NCBI GenBank assembly: GCA_963741205.1
Contig: CAVUHW010000015.1
Location: forward strand, 1 to 64,000
Origin: Nitrospirota bacterium
Lineage (GTDB): Bacteria; Nitrospirota; UBA9217
Length of the DNA stretch: 64,000 bases
Direction: 5' to 3'
Made by a program: the position numbers and the translations under genes
In this document: positions 34,907 through 45,746 of the stretch, one piece after another
How positions within the stretch are numbered: the first letter of the stretch is position 1
How the letters are laid out: each line of letters opens with the position of its first letter
Notes under the pieces: generated by a model
Seen by the model: only the letters and a program-made list of their open reading frames with translations
Told to the model about the DNA's origin: nothing
The model's database searches: none

Positions 34907-35641
34907 ATGAAAATCCATGTCGGTACAAGCGGGTTTGCACATAAGGAATGGAAGGGAACGTTCTATCCTGAAAAGATCTCACCCAAGGAAATGCTTCGCT
35001 TCTATGCCGAACGCCTCAACACGGTAGAGATCAATAATACCTTTTATCACATGCCCAAAGAGAGCGTGCTCTCGTCCTGGGCGGACCAGGTCCCCGATGA
35101 TTTCGTTTTCGCACTCAAAGCGCCCCAGGTCATAACACATATCAAGCAGCTGCGGAATGTATTCGAGGAGACCGAGTATCTGTTCAAGACGCTGTCAATT
35201 ATGGGCAACAAACTGGGGCCGGTCCTTTTTCAGTTTCCCAAGAGTTTTCGCGCGAACCTGCCCACGCTGCAGGATTTTCTTCCGCTGATACCCGGCACTG
35301 TTTCATGTGCATTCGATTTCCGCAGTCCATCCTGGCTCGATGCTGGAACTCCAAACCTCCTTCGTGAAAAGGGATGCAGCTGGTGCATCGAGGATACTGA
35401 CGAAAACCCGGTGAAGGAGATCATCAGTACGGCGGCCTGGGGGTACCTGCGCCTGCGCCGTTCCGATTACACGGATGCCGATCTGTCACGATGGTTGGAA
35501 AGAATCCTTTCGCAAAAATGGGAAAGGACCTTTGTTTATTTTAAACACGAGGATGAGGCCAAAGGGGCTGAAATGGCGATGCGCTTTCAGGAGCTTATCG
35601 ATGCAAGAACATCAGCTCCCAGAAAAAAGGCTCGATCCTGA
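34907..35641 (+). CDS. DUF72 (YecE-like) protein
   Basis: VGTSGF..W.G.FYP, VEINNTFY, GPVLFQFP, GYLRLR and VYFKHED. Confidence 0.92.
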   Translation: MKIHVGTSGFAHKEWKGTFYPEKISPKEMLRFYAERLNTVEINNTFYHMPKESVLSSWADQVPDDFVFALKAPQVITHIKQLRNVFEETEYLFKTLSIMGNKLGPVLFQFPKSFRANLPTLQDFLPLIPGTVSCAFDFRSPSWLDAGTPNLLREKGCSWCIEDTDENPVKEIISTAAWGYLRLRRSDYTDADLSRWLERILSQKWERTFVYFKHEDEAKGAEMAMRFQELIDARTSAPRKKARS

Positions 35642-35653
35642 ATACACCGTTGC

Positions 35654-36121
35654 TCACGGGCAATACAAGCGCGCACGGTAATCATTTCCGGTGACGTAGT
35701 TCTCGAGTGTTTGGATCGTGGAGTCCTGCTCGCAAACGACCGTTTTGACGACGTCGCCGAGGCTCACGAGACCGACGATCACGCCTTTCTCCATGATGGG
35801 CAGATGGCGGATATGGTTAATCGTCATGAGCGCCATGCAATCCCTGATCGTAAGCGCCGGGTCCCCGCAGATCGGCGGAGAGCTCATCAGCTCCCCGACA
35901 GTCGTGCTCTTGGAGGATTTCCCTTTCAAGATTACCTTCCGCGCATAATCCCGCTCCGAGAAAACGCCGGCCAGCCTTCCGTCATCAACGACCAGGAGCG
36001 CCCCGATGTTCTTCTCCGCCATAAACTCCAGGGCCTCATATGCGGTCGCGTTCGGCTTGATGGCGAAGTAGTCGTGTCCCTTCGCGCGCAGCACCTGTTC
36101 GATCGTAATCGTCGAATTCAT
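35654..36121 (-). CDS. CBS domain pair protein
   Basis: NIGALLVVD, GVFSERDYARK, IRHLPI and SLGDVVK. Confidence 0.92.
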   Translation of the reverse strand: MNSTITIEQVLRAKGHDYFAIKPNATAYEALEFMAEKNIGALLVVDDGRLAGVFSERDYARKVILKGKSSKSTTVGELMSSPPICGDPALTIRDCMALMTINHIRHLPIMEKGVIVGLVSLGDVVKTVVCEQDSTIQTLENYVTGNDYRARLYCP

Positions 36122-36153
36122 GTCTACTACCTCCTCCTTGCACGATGCCTCAA

Positions 36154-36264
36154 TAAAAAAAGCCGGGCATACCGAAGGTTTTTCCTTCGGCAGCTCGGCC
36201 ATCTTCTTTCAAGACCCGCGGCGTTCCTTCCCCTTCTCGCGAAAGGGTCGGCTTTGTCGGGAAA
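36154..36264 (-). ncRNA. GEMM-I (c-di-GMP-I family) riboswitch with overlapping intrinsic terminator
   Basis: Minus strand CGACAAAG CC GAC CCUUUC GCGA GAAGGG GAA GG AACGCC GCGGG UCUU GAAAG AAGA UGGCCGAGCU GCCGA, followed by a hairpin and UUUUUUU about 30 nt before the CBS start. Confidence 0.8.
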
Positions 36265-36462
36265 TATATTTCGTGAACTATATGATACTCAATACCACCG
36301 CGTCTCTTTCAAGTCAAAGTCTATTTCTAAATGCAGATAGTCTACAGTCATCTGTTGGTACGAAATAAGTAATACCGGAAGATGGGGATAGAGGATGTCC
36401 CGCCGGCCCACGGTGATGGAGATGCGATCAGTGCCGGCTCAATTCTCACAAATAGCGGCATC

Positions 36463-37290
36463 CTACGGCACCGCTGTAGGGTCCCAGGAACTGCGAAAGC
36501 CTTCATCGAGGCTGTCGAGTATTGAAACGTCTTCGGGGGTGAGTTCGAAGTCGAAGATCCGTGCATTCTCCGCGATCCTGTCGGAATGCCTGGACTTGGG
36601 GATAGCGACGACCTCGTGCTGGATCACCCATCGAAGCAGGACTTGCGCGGTCGTGCGGCCGAGCTTCTTTGCGATCGCGGTTATCCGTGGGTCATGGAGC
36701 CGGTTGCCCGCGGTCAGCGGGGCGTAGGCTTCGAGCTGGATCCCGGTTTTTCTGCAGAACTCGAGCAGCTCGCGCTGATAGAGAAAGGGGCTGAACTCGA
36801 CCTGGTTCACGGCCGGGATGGCGCCCGATTGGCCGAGCAGCTCCTGAAGATGCCGAACCGTATAGTTGCTCACCCCGATCGCGCGGACTCTGCCGCCTTC
36901 CAGGATTTTCTCCAATGCGCGCCAGCTCTCTTTGCGAAGGTCGGGGACCGGATAATGGATCAGGTAGAGATCGATGTAGCCGAGGCCCAGGCGCTCGAGG
37001 GAAGCGTCGAAGGCCCGCATCGCGGCGTCATACCCGTGGTCGTCATTCCAGAGTTTCGTTGTGATGAAGACTTCTTCCCGCCGGAGGCCGCTGTCCCGGA
37101 CCGCACCGCCAACATCCTCTTCATTCTTGTAGATGCGGGCTGTGTCCACAAGACGATAACCGGTTTCGAGAGCGGTCTTCACCGCCTCATAGGTCTCCCT
37201 GCCGGGACGCATAAGGTAAACGCCAAGTCCGAGCAGGGGCATGGAGATGCCGGTATTCAGTTTGACGGTCGACTGCAGAGTGAATTGCAT
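36463..37290 (-). CDS. aldo/keto reductase (DkgA/YvgN-like)
   Basis: GYRLVDTA.IY.NE, TTKLW, DLYLIHYP, IGVSNY, NQVE and IPKS. Confidence 0.95.
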   Translation of the reverse strand: MQFTLQSTVKLNTGISMPLLGLGVYLMRPGRETYEAVKTALETGYRLVDTARIYKNEEDVGGAVRDSGLRREEVFITTKLWNDDHGYDAAMRAFDASLERLGLGYIDLYLIHYPVPDLRKESWRALEKILEGGRVRAIGVSNYTVRHLQELLGQSGAIPAVNQVEFSPFLYQRELLEFCRKTGIQLEAYAPLTAGNRLHDPRITAIAKKLGRTTAQVLLRWVIQHEVVAIPKSRHSDRIAENARIFDFELTPEDVSILDSLDEGFRSSWDPTAVP

Positions 37291-37463
37291 GCCCCTCCCT
37301 TTTTACCCGTCGCCTTCCTGTATCCCGGGTGAAGAGCTTAATTCCAGTATACCAGTAAGGCAAGGCTTGCATCCGGCATTCCCTGTGAAAATAAAAACTT
37401 GTACTTCAACTCATCTTAAAATTTGAGTCAAGTCATGAGTTTAACCCAAAATCAAAGACATTT

Positions 37464-37692
37464 CAGCGCACAAGGCGCAAACCCGCAGTGGTCAGAGCGG
37501 GAATCCAGTCTTAGTTTTGAAAGAAATTGGATCCCCGGATAGAGGCATTCGGGGATGCCGGTCAGTGGCTATTAACAGCAATTATGAGTCCATTGATAAG
37601 TCAGGCTTTCCTTTGCGCCCTCTGCGTCTTTGCGAGAGATCGCTTTTGATTTTGAATTCATGCTTTATTGGTCTGAGGCGTTGTCTCGTTAG
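37464..37692. repeat. nested palindromic repeats (cgcaaag-type IR enclosing a gggaatccag-type REP) plus a 60 bp dispersed repeat
   Basis: gcgcacaaggcgcaaa ... tttgcgccctctgcg encloses gcgggaatccag ... tggatcccc. catgctttattggtctgaggcg is shared with 50561-50582. Confidence 0.65.
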
Positions 37693-37750
37693 AATTTCGT
37701 GACACTCTGTTCCGTCATGACCGGTCTTCTTTTGCTAAACTAGAACCATT

Positions 37751-38491
37751 ATGAAGAATCTGCGAAGACAGCTTGCGCTCGGAATTGTCCTGGTCATGCT
37801 TTCAGCACTGATGTATTTTCTCGAGATAAGAATCTTCCACGCCGAGCGCGACACCTTTTTTTACCTGCTCCAGGACCTTGCCTTCGTCCCGATCCAGGTA
37901 CTGCTCGTGACCGTAATCGTCGATCAGGTGCTGCGGCTGCGGGAAAAGGCGGCGATGCTGAACAAACTGAACATGGTTATCGGCACTTTTTTCAGCGAAG
38001 CCGGCACCCGGATGCTCAAGTCGTTCTCAGGTTTCGATCATCATATCGACCGCATCAGGCCGGAACTGCTCGTGAAGGGGGACTGGATCGACCGGCGGTT
38101 TGACCAGGTCATGACGGATCTTAAGCAGTACGATTACGATATCGACGTGCGGAAGAACGACCTGGGAGGGCTTAAGCTCTTCCTGAGCGGGAAACGTGAT
38201 TTTCTCCTGAGGCTTCTGGAAAACCAGAACCTGCTCGAACACGAGACGTTTACGGAATTGCTCTGGGCGATTTTTCACCTGACCGAAGAGCTTGAGGCAA
38301 GGGCCGATCTGGCGAAGCTTTCTGTCGCCGACCAGGAACATCTCGCGATCGACATCAGGAGGGCTTATATAATTCTGATCAGTGAATGGCTCAGCTATAT
38401 GAAGCATCTCAAAAAGGAATATCCGTACCTGTTCTCGCTTGCCGTAAGGACCAATCCGTTTGACGAGCATGCCTCAGCCTCATTTCAATGA
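37751..38491 (+). CDS. conserved hypothetical membrane protein
   Basis: Two TM helices, DLAFVPIQVLLVT, KLNMVIGTFFSE, NLLEHETFT and YPYLFSLAVRTNPF in an intact ORF. Confidence 0.8.
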   Translation: MKNLRRQLALGIVLVMLSALMYFLEIRIFHAERDTFFYLLQDLAFVPIQVLLVTVIVDQVLRLREKAAMLNKLNMVIGTFFSEAGTRMLKSFSGFDHHIDRIRPELLVKGDWIDRRFDQVMTDLKQYDYDIDVRKNDLGGLKLFLSGKRDFLLRLLENQNLLEHETFTELLWAIFHLTEELEARADLAKLSVADQEHLAIDIRRAYIILISEWLSYMKHLKKEYPYLFSLAVRTNPFDEHASASFQ

Positions 38492-38539
38492 GGTCGACGG
38501 TACGATCTTGCGAGTCCGGTTTCGAATACCGGGGAGAAA

Positions 38540-41500
38540 TTACCCCTTTCGGTTTCCGGCTGCGTGCTCGAGGACCTGCTGGATGTGAACATCCACCTGC
38601 CGGAGGACCGAAGGCGATACCGCGTAGCCGTCGCTCTCGTAGGTCAGGATGGGCATCCCTTGCCGGATACAGAGGGGTTTCAGGATCGACTCCGAAATCC
38701 GGAACGGGAGACAGTTAAACGGCCCGATGTTGATGATCCCGTCATAGCCATCGGTCTCGGCCTCCAGTCCCCGGCCCACGGTCGGGAGGATTTCGCCGTA
38801 GATTTCCGGCGAAACATGCACGGAGGCCTTCTCAAACAGGGACTCGGCGTTATTGGGGCCGGCCACGAGCAGGCCGGTCTTCCCGAATAACTTCCGGTAG
38901 TCTCCCTCGTACCATCTCTCCAGCTGATAGGCGAGCCAGTTCTGCAGATACTGCTTTCCGTCGCTTGCGAGGACCCTCGTGCAGGCCTTGGCGAATGCAA
39001 GACTGCCGGGCTTCAGGTCCCATCCCTGAGCGGTTTCGGATACCGCGTTATAGAGGTGATAGAGAAGGAGATCGCTCAGATCAACCGGCTTCAGGATAAT
39101 GCCCCGGTCGGTATAAAGGTCGCGTACGCCTTCTATGAAAAAAGGATTGAACCGGGTGAAAAAATCGCCGATCACTACCACCCGCGGGCAGGTCTGCGGT
39201 TTCCGGGTGCGGGGAAGCGTTGCCAGCCGCTCGACGAGGCCGGGCAAATCGACCTGGAACCTGGTCGGGCGAGCTTGTCGCGGCGACGAACTGCTCCCAT
39301 TGCCGCCGAAGCCGGTCCACAGCTGTCTTCGGATCCCACCACACGAAGAACGTGCTCGATCTCCACGACGATGTCCGCTACCAGCAGCGTGAGCGCCGTG
39401 TTTTTTGCGAGGGTCAGCTTGTCGAACCCGAGTTCTACGCTTTTTTCTTTCGGGCTGAACACGAAGATGTCGGGCAGCTGCTGCTCGGCGATGAAACGCT
39501 CGAGGTACCCCATGTAGGAGTCTATCACGCAGGGAGCGCCGCCCTGCAGCATGAAGAACCCGCAGATCTCGCCGGGTTGGCGCTGCTCGTGGATCCTGAG
39601 CAGTTGCCCGACGCAGAGCGGCAGGGGGAGGCACTCCCGTCCCGAAGTGTATTGGAGGCCCCGTTCAAGCTGGCTCCGGTCCAGGGGAAGCGAGTCGCCG
39701 GCATGCAGGCCCGACCAGCGGACAGCCATGGCCAGGGCCTCTGAATGGAATTCGGAGAAGTTGGGAAAGTAGAGCTTTACCCGGGGATCGGTCAGCGGTA
39801 CGCTTTCTCCCCGGGAGCTGATGACGTGGCCGCCGTCGACAAGCCGGCACGGGGAGAACTGATGCGTATTCACGGCCGGCACGGGCTGATAGGTCCGGAT
39901 GATGTCAAGGAACGCCTCGATGCGGGTTTGGACCCCGGCGTCAGCGGTGTGCGCATCGATCTCGAGGGTCAGATACGGAGTGGAGCCCATCTTGGATGCA
40001 ATCAGGGCATGGGTGAACGCATCCACGGTGCAACTGTAATTGCTGACGCACAGGAGGAACAAATTGGGGTGCCGCTTGGCAAGGGCCACGGCGTTCAAGA
40101 CCTGGTTGGAGAAGTACCACGACGTGGGCCCCTCTTCGATCGGCGCCAGGCAATCAGCAGGGATTGCCGTCACGCCCATGCTGGAGAGCTTCTTTCCCAC
40201 CGATTGGGAAGCCTCCGGCGAGTAGGCATTGTAGCTGTGGCCCGCAAGCAGAATCGCGGGCCTCCCTTGCGATATCGCGTGATCCAGCGCCTGCTGCCCA
40301 AGCTCCCGCATGGCGCGCTCCACTCCGGTTTGAGCGTTCTTTGCCGCATCCCATGCTTGCAAGACGCGTTCGCGGCCGACTCCCAGTTCCTCTGTTGCCA
40401 TCTCCACCAGTCCGGAACCGATCTCGTAGCCACGCGTGAAATCCAGGAGCGGAGAGAGAAAACGGACTTCGGGAAATGCCTTGGCCAGGAAATAGGGGCT
40501 GGCCTGAGTGATGGGGCACAAGTAGGAGTCGCGGCACCCCCTGGGTTGCGGCATGCGCGCTATATGGGGCAGAAAGACCAGGTTGACGCCTTGTCGCGCA
40601 AGGTCCAACACCGCCCCGTGCGCTGTTTGCACGGGGAAGCAAAAGCCGGAATAGGATTTCAGCTCGCCGTGCGGGTCCACTTTTGACAACACCACGTCCA
40701 GTCCCAGAGACGAGAAGAAGGTTGAGTAGAGAGGGTAGAGCGAGTAGGTGATCAACGCCCTCGGAATGCCGATGCGCAGCTTACCCTTATCATGCTCACG
40801 GCCTCGTTCGTAAGTGGACGGCTGAGGGGCATCGTGCGTCGGCTCGACCGGCCGGTCCGTGGGCTTTCCAAAGATCAATCCGGCCCGCTGCTCGACCAGG
40901 TCCGGAGCCGCGGAGGTGCGGGCCTTCCTCTTCCATACGCTTTCATACAGGCTGCAGCGGCCGCCGAAAGGAAATTTTCGGCCGGCCACTTCGAAACGGT
41001 CGATGCTGCAGCGCATCGGGCATGCCCCGCAGGTGAAGCGGCCGGGAGACTCCATCTCAGGCGCGGCCAGGGAAAGCAGGTCCGTCGCGGAAGCGAACAG
41101 GCCTTCCGACCGCTCGAGGGCCAGCAGCGCGACACCCAGCGCCCCCATGAGCTCAGGGCTGGGGGGGATGACCACGGTGCGGTCCACGCTCTGAGCAAAG
41201 GCGTGGCCTATCGCGCGGTTCAGGGCAACGCCGCCCTGCAGAAACACCTTCCTGCCCACGACACGCGGTCCCTTGACCTTGGTGAGATAGTTGGCGGCGA
41301 TGGCATGGACCAGCCCGGCAACGATGTTCTCCCGCGACTGACCTTGCTGGAATGCGATGCGAATGTCGGAATTGATGAACGCCGCGCACGTTGCCTTTAA
41401 CTGCACCGGGGAGGGTGCGGCCAGCGCGATCTCGGCGATGTCGTTCACCGAGATGCCGAGGTCGCCTTGCGCGCTCTCTTCCAGAAAGGAGCCCGTGCCG

Positions 41501-42880
41501 GCGGAGCAGGCATTGTTCATCACATAATCGACGGGCACGCCGTTGCGGAGGTAAATATACTTGGAGTCCTGGCCGCCGATCTCGAAGATGGTGTCCACGT
41601 CGGCGTCGAAATGAGTCGCGCCCCTGGCATGGGCCGAGATCTCATTGTACACGTGGGCCGTGCCCGCGTAGGCCCCTACGAGTTCCCGGGCCGAGCCGGT
41701 GGTTGCGACAAGCCCGACCCGGAGGTTTCCGGCCCCCTGCGCAATGGCCCGGAGGCACTCCCGCGTTGCCGCTATGGGATCGCTTCGTGTGCGCGTATAA
41801 TGAGATGCGACCACGCCCTTGCTTGCAGGATCGAGCAGGACTGCCTTTGTCGTTGTCGAACCCGCATCAATGCCGAGGACAAGCGGACCTTCCGGAGGGG
41901 CATGCGGGGAAGGCGAAGCGATGATCCGGACCCGGTCCGCATAGCGAACGAGCGGCGGAAAACTGGCGAGGCTTGGCTGGGGCGAGATCTTCGGCGAGGT
42001 ATGGCGCGGGTCGTCCCGGGTGAGCAGGGCGCACCCCCAAGCCTCGAAGAAGTGACTCTGCGGCGAGACGACGAACTCCGTGGAGGGACGCTTCTCCCGG
42101 AGGGCCGCCAGCATGGCGGCGTTTCGGGACACGCCGCCGATTACGAGCACGCGGCTGAGCGGGCATTGTCCCTTCTCCAGGAGAGAGATCACCTTGTCGG
42201 CCATGCTGTCATGGAGCGTGTGCAGGATGTCCTCGGGGCCCGCCTCTTTCCGGTTGAGCTTGTGAGTGATGTCCGACTTGCAGTGAACCGAGCACCGGCA
42301 TGCCAGCGGCACGACCTTGCCGCGTTGTGAGCACTCGGATCGCTTCCTCGATGCCGAGACCCATCCTGCCGATCTGCTGCACAAAGAACTCACCGCTGCC
42401 GGCGGCGCACTTGTTGTGCGAAAGGACATTGACGATCTTCCCGTCAGACAGGATGTACACCAGGAAGGACTCGCCGCCGAGCGATACGACGGCGTCAAAA
42501 TCGCCCTGCATCTCGGCGAGCGCCCGCTGAATGGCCGCAACTTCGGATATATGGCCCCGGCGGCCGGACACTCCGAAATATCGCGCCTCTCTGAACGTGG
42601 GCCGGGCGAGGATTTCTTCGAGTACTTCCAGGGGACGTCCCTGATGGGTCACAATTTCGGAGTATATCTCATCCCCTTGCAGCACGACCGCCTTTACCGC
42701 AATGGCGCCGATGTTCACGCCCACGAAGGACGATGGGGATAGGCTATTATGCGAGAATGCCTTCTGCTTCACGGGTGGATCGTTTCGTAAGTCTCCCACA
42801 GGTCCTCTCTTGGGATGTGCGACCCATCCGCCTCGGTATGTCCTGGTATTATCGCAGGAGCGTGCTTTCATCTGTTTCAA
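38540..42880 (-). CDS. acyl-CoA dehydratase activase fusion protein (2x BadF/BcrA ATPase + DUF2229 + dehydratase-like domain), frameshifted
   Basis: NKCAAGSG, GIDAGSTTTK, EIGGQDSK, NNACSAGTGSFLEE, RIGIPRAL, EIDAHTADAG, SGRECLP and GPFNCLP. Confidence 0.9.
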
Positions 42881-43087
42881 TTCCGGATGTTCTGCCGTGC
42901 CTTGAGTTAAGTATAGCGCGGATCAATGCATCGGGTGAGTGATCCGGGGAGGTAGAAAAGGATGTCGGATTTCCCGTCCCGGCGTACACTTTGGGGCCAA
43001 TAATCTTATTCCCGCCTTCTTCCGCAGGATGTATAATTAAACGAAGAGATGTTTTGTCCTGATCCGGAGCAAAGGAGAGTGTGATCC

Positions 43088-43474
43088 ATGAGACTGCTTG
43101 AAAAGTACGAAGACCACACTTATGCATTGATGCGCATCGTGGCGGGATTTATGTTCTCGTTCCACGGCGCCCAGAAGATCCTGGGTGTTCTTTCCCAGTT
43201 CCAGCCGCCGATGGGGTCCCAGCTCTGGTTCGGCGGGATCATCGAGCTGGTGTGCGGGCTGGCGGTGATGCTGGGGTTACAGACCCGTTTGGCTGCCTTC
43301 CTCGCGAGCGGCGAGATGGCCGTGGCTTATTTCCAGTTCCATTGGAAGCTCCAGCTCGGACCCCTGTTCTTCCCCGCAGTGAATAAAGGTGAGTTGGCCG
43401 CCCTCTACTGCTTTGTGTTCCTCTACATTGCCTGCCGGGGAGGGGTCAAGTGGAGCCTGGACAAAACGGGCTGA
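43088..43474 (+). CDS. DoxX family membrane protein
   Basis: HGAQK, GIIEL, AAFLASGEMAVAYF and WSLD. Confidence 0.9.
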   Translation: MRLLEKYEDHTYALMRIVAGFMFSFHGAQKILGVLSQFQPPMGSQLWFGGIIELVCGLAVMLGLQTRLAAFLASGEMAVAYFQFHWKLQLGPLFFPAVNKGELAALYCFVFLYIACRGGVKWSLDKTG

Positions 43475-43536
43475 AAAGAAGAACGCCGCGGAGAAATCTT
43501 TGAGTCCGGCCCGGAGACGCCTGAAGGAGGGTGGCC

Positions 43537-44100
43537 ATGAGGAAATTATTCGTATTCAACCTGGTAACGCTTGACGGCTACTTTGAGGGGCCGAGCAGGG
43601 ATATCAGCTGGCATAACGTGGATGCGGAATTCAATGAATATGCAGTCGAAATGCTCGATTCCGTGGATACGCTTCTCTTCGGCCGTGTGACGTATGACCT
43701 CATGGCAAGTTTCTGGCCGACCCCGGACGCGGTGAAGAACGATCCTCTCGTCGCCGGAAGAATGAACAGTCTGCCCAAGATCGTTTTTTCAAGGACGCTG
43801 GATAAAGTCGAATGGAACAATACCAGGCTGGTAAAAAACAATATCGAGGAAGAAATAAGGAAAATGAAAGCGCAGCCAGGCAAGGATATGGCGCTTTTGG
43901 GAAGCGGCGTCATGATGTCGGAATTTGCGCAGGCCGGACTGATTGATGAATACCGGATCATGGTGAATCCTGTTGTCCTGGGTAACGGCAACCCGTTATT
44001 CAAAGGCATCAAGGACAGACTCAACCTGAAACTGGTAAACACAAAGATCTTTAAGTCAGGGAACGTTTTGCTGTATTACCAACCGGTGAAATTGAACTAA
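43537..44100 (+). CDS. dihydrofolate reductase family (RibD C-terminal) protein; stop codon supplied by the IS left end
   Basis: VTLDGYF, LLFGRVTY, KIVFSRTL, GLIDEY and PVVLGNG.PLF. Confidence 0.92.
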   Translation: MRKLFVFNLVTLDGYFEGPSRDISWHNVDAEFNEYAVEMLDSVDTLLFGRVTYDLMASFWPTPDAVKNDPLVAGRMNSLPKIVFSRTLDKVEWNNTRLVKNNIEEEIRKMKAQPGKDMALLGSGVMMSEFAQAGLIDEYRIMVNPVVLGNGNPLFKGIKDRLNLKLVNTKIFKSGNVLLYYQPVKLN

Positions 44101-45746
44101 AGTCCGCGCATTCCCCCTGCTAGGGGCGAAGCGCCAGGAGGGGGTCAAGCGGACTGTTTTGGATGTGGATTGGTGAGTTGTCTGTGCTACAAAACGATAT
44201 GCAATCTTATAATATAGTGCCGATGGCTGCAGCGTATTATTGAGTTGCACTATCAGGATTCATCACCTATATTAGAGATGTGGCGATTTTAAGCGGCATA
44301 AAATTCCATTGCTACCCGACAATGGAGCAGTCCGATATTCTCGCGCAGTGGATGGGCTGCCAGCGATTTATCTACAACGCCAAGGTTGCCGAAGAACGTT
44401 ATTTCCGAACATTCCGGAATCATTCGCTGTCACTAACCGGACTACAGACGCCGATCGACCAGCAGTACTCCCAGTTTAAGGACAAGGATCTCACTCCGTT
44501 TTTATACAATGTGCCGTCTCAGATCCTAAGGAATGGCGCAACCAGGTTCATGGGCTCCTACAAGAGGTACCTGACGGGACTGTCGGGTCGCCCTGCTTAT
44601 AAAAAGAAGGCTGGACGGCAGTCCGTCTGGATTACCAGCGAGCTATTCAGGTTCGTTCCTACTGGAGGCTCAAAACAGCGGCGGGACAAAACAATATATG
44701 AGCACCGGCTGATGCTTGGCACAAAGTCGGTCGATCTGGGCGAACTTAAGTTCAAGGCTCACGATGAGTACGAAATTCCGGCGGCTATCACCATTACCCG
44801 GGAGTCCGGGAAATGGTATGTCTCCTTCTCCTATGAGAAGCAAGGCACAGTTTTGAGCGAGCAGGAACTTCTCGAGCTTTACGGCGGCATGTCATCAGAG
44901 AGTCTTAATACCGTTACACTGGGAATGGACCGCGGGATTGTAATCCCGCTGGCAACGAGCGACGGCTCGGTGCATGACTTCTCCGGCATCCAAAAAGAGC
45001 GACTGTTAAAAAAGGATGCCCGGAAGAAGAGATATCAGAGGCAAATGGCGAGGCGGATCAAAGGATCCGGCCGATTTAGGCAATCAGTTGCGAAATCAGC
45101 CCGCTGCCAGGCTTATGCTGCAAACGTAAGGCATGATTTCGCGCATAAGGCCAGCCGCAAGCTCGTGGATTCACCCGCGGAGGTGTTCGTCTTCGAGGAC
45201 CTCAAGGTCAAGAACATGACCAGAGCGCCAAAGCCTAAGAAGTCGGCCGGCGGGACGTATATTGCGAACGGGTCAAAGGCCAAGGCCGGTTTCAACAAGT
45301 CCATACTCGAATCAGCGTGGGGCAAGGTAAAACTCTTTACGACGTACAAAGCCTCGCGACGCAACAAGCTCGTAATCGCCATACCGCCGCACGGCACCTC
45401 ACAGGAGTGTTCGAAGTGTTCGCACACTCACCCGGATAATCGCCAGTCACAGGCGGTGTTCGATTGCCAAAGCTGTGGCTTTACGGAAAACGCCGATACC
45501 AATGCGTCTCTCGTTATCAAGAGGCGCGGCATAGAAATGCTTGTGTCCGGCGTAATTGCCGTAAAGCATCACAAACGCGCCATGCGGTTAAGGAAGAAGG
45601 AAACACTAGGCCGGGAACCGGCCGAAGTTACGCGCGGGGAGAAGCAGATAAGTCACGCCTTGGGAACTACTCAGGGACTGCACGCTTCTATGATCCGCGA
45701 AACCCCCACTGCAACCATGTAATTGGTTCAGTGGCGGGTAGTTCAT
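44097..45746 (+). mobile_element. IS200/IS605-family element, TnpB-only (IS1341-like)
   Basis: Left hairpin 44102-44154, tnpB, and right hairpin 45701-45739 ending TTCAT. No TnpA ORF. The flanks rejoin in frame. Confidence 0.85.
44280..45722 (+). CDS. tnpB: RNA-guided endonuclease TnpB
   Basis: HTH N-terminus (YPT.EQ...GCQRFIYN), RuvC-I GMDRG, RuvC-II FEDL, Zn ribbon CSKC..CQSC and RuvC-III NADTNA. Confidence 0.95.
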   Translation: MAILSGIKFHCYPTMEQSDILAQWMGCQRFIYNAKVAEERYFRTFRNHSLSLTGLQTPIDQQYSQFKDKDLTPFLYNVPSQILRNGATRFMGSYKRYLTGLSGRPAYKKKAGRQSVWITSELFRFVPTGGSKQRRDKTIYEHRLMLGTKSVDLGELKFKAHDEYEIPAAITITRESGKWYVSFSYEKQGTVLSEQELLELYGGMSSESLNTVTLGMDRGIVIPLATSDGSVHDFSGIQKERLLKKDARKKRYQRQMARRIKGSGRFRQSVAKSARCQAYAANVRHDFAHKASRKLVDSPAEVFVFEDLKVKNMTRAPKPKKSAGGTYIANGSKAKAGFNKSILESAWGKVKLFTTYKASRRNKLVIAIPPHGTSQECSKCSHTHPDNRQSQAVFDCQSCGFTENADTNASLVIKRRGIEMLVSGVIAVKHHKRAMRLRKKETLGREPAEVTRGEKQISHALGTTQGLHASMIRETPTATM

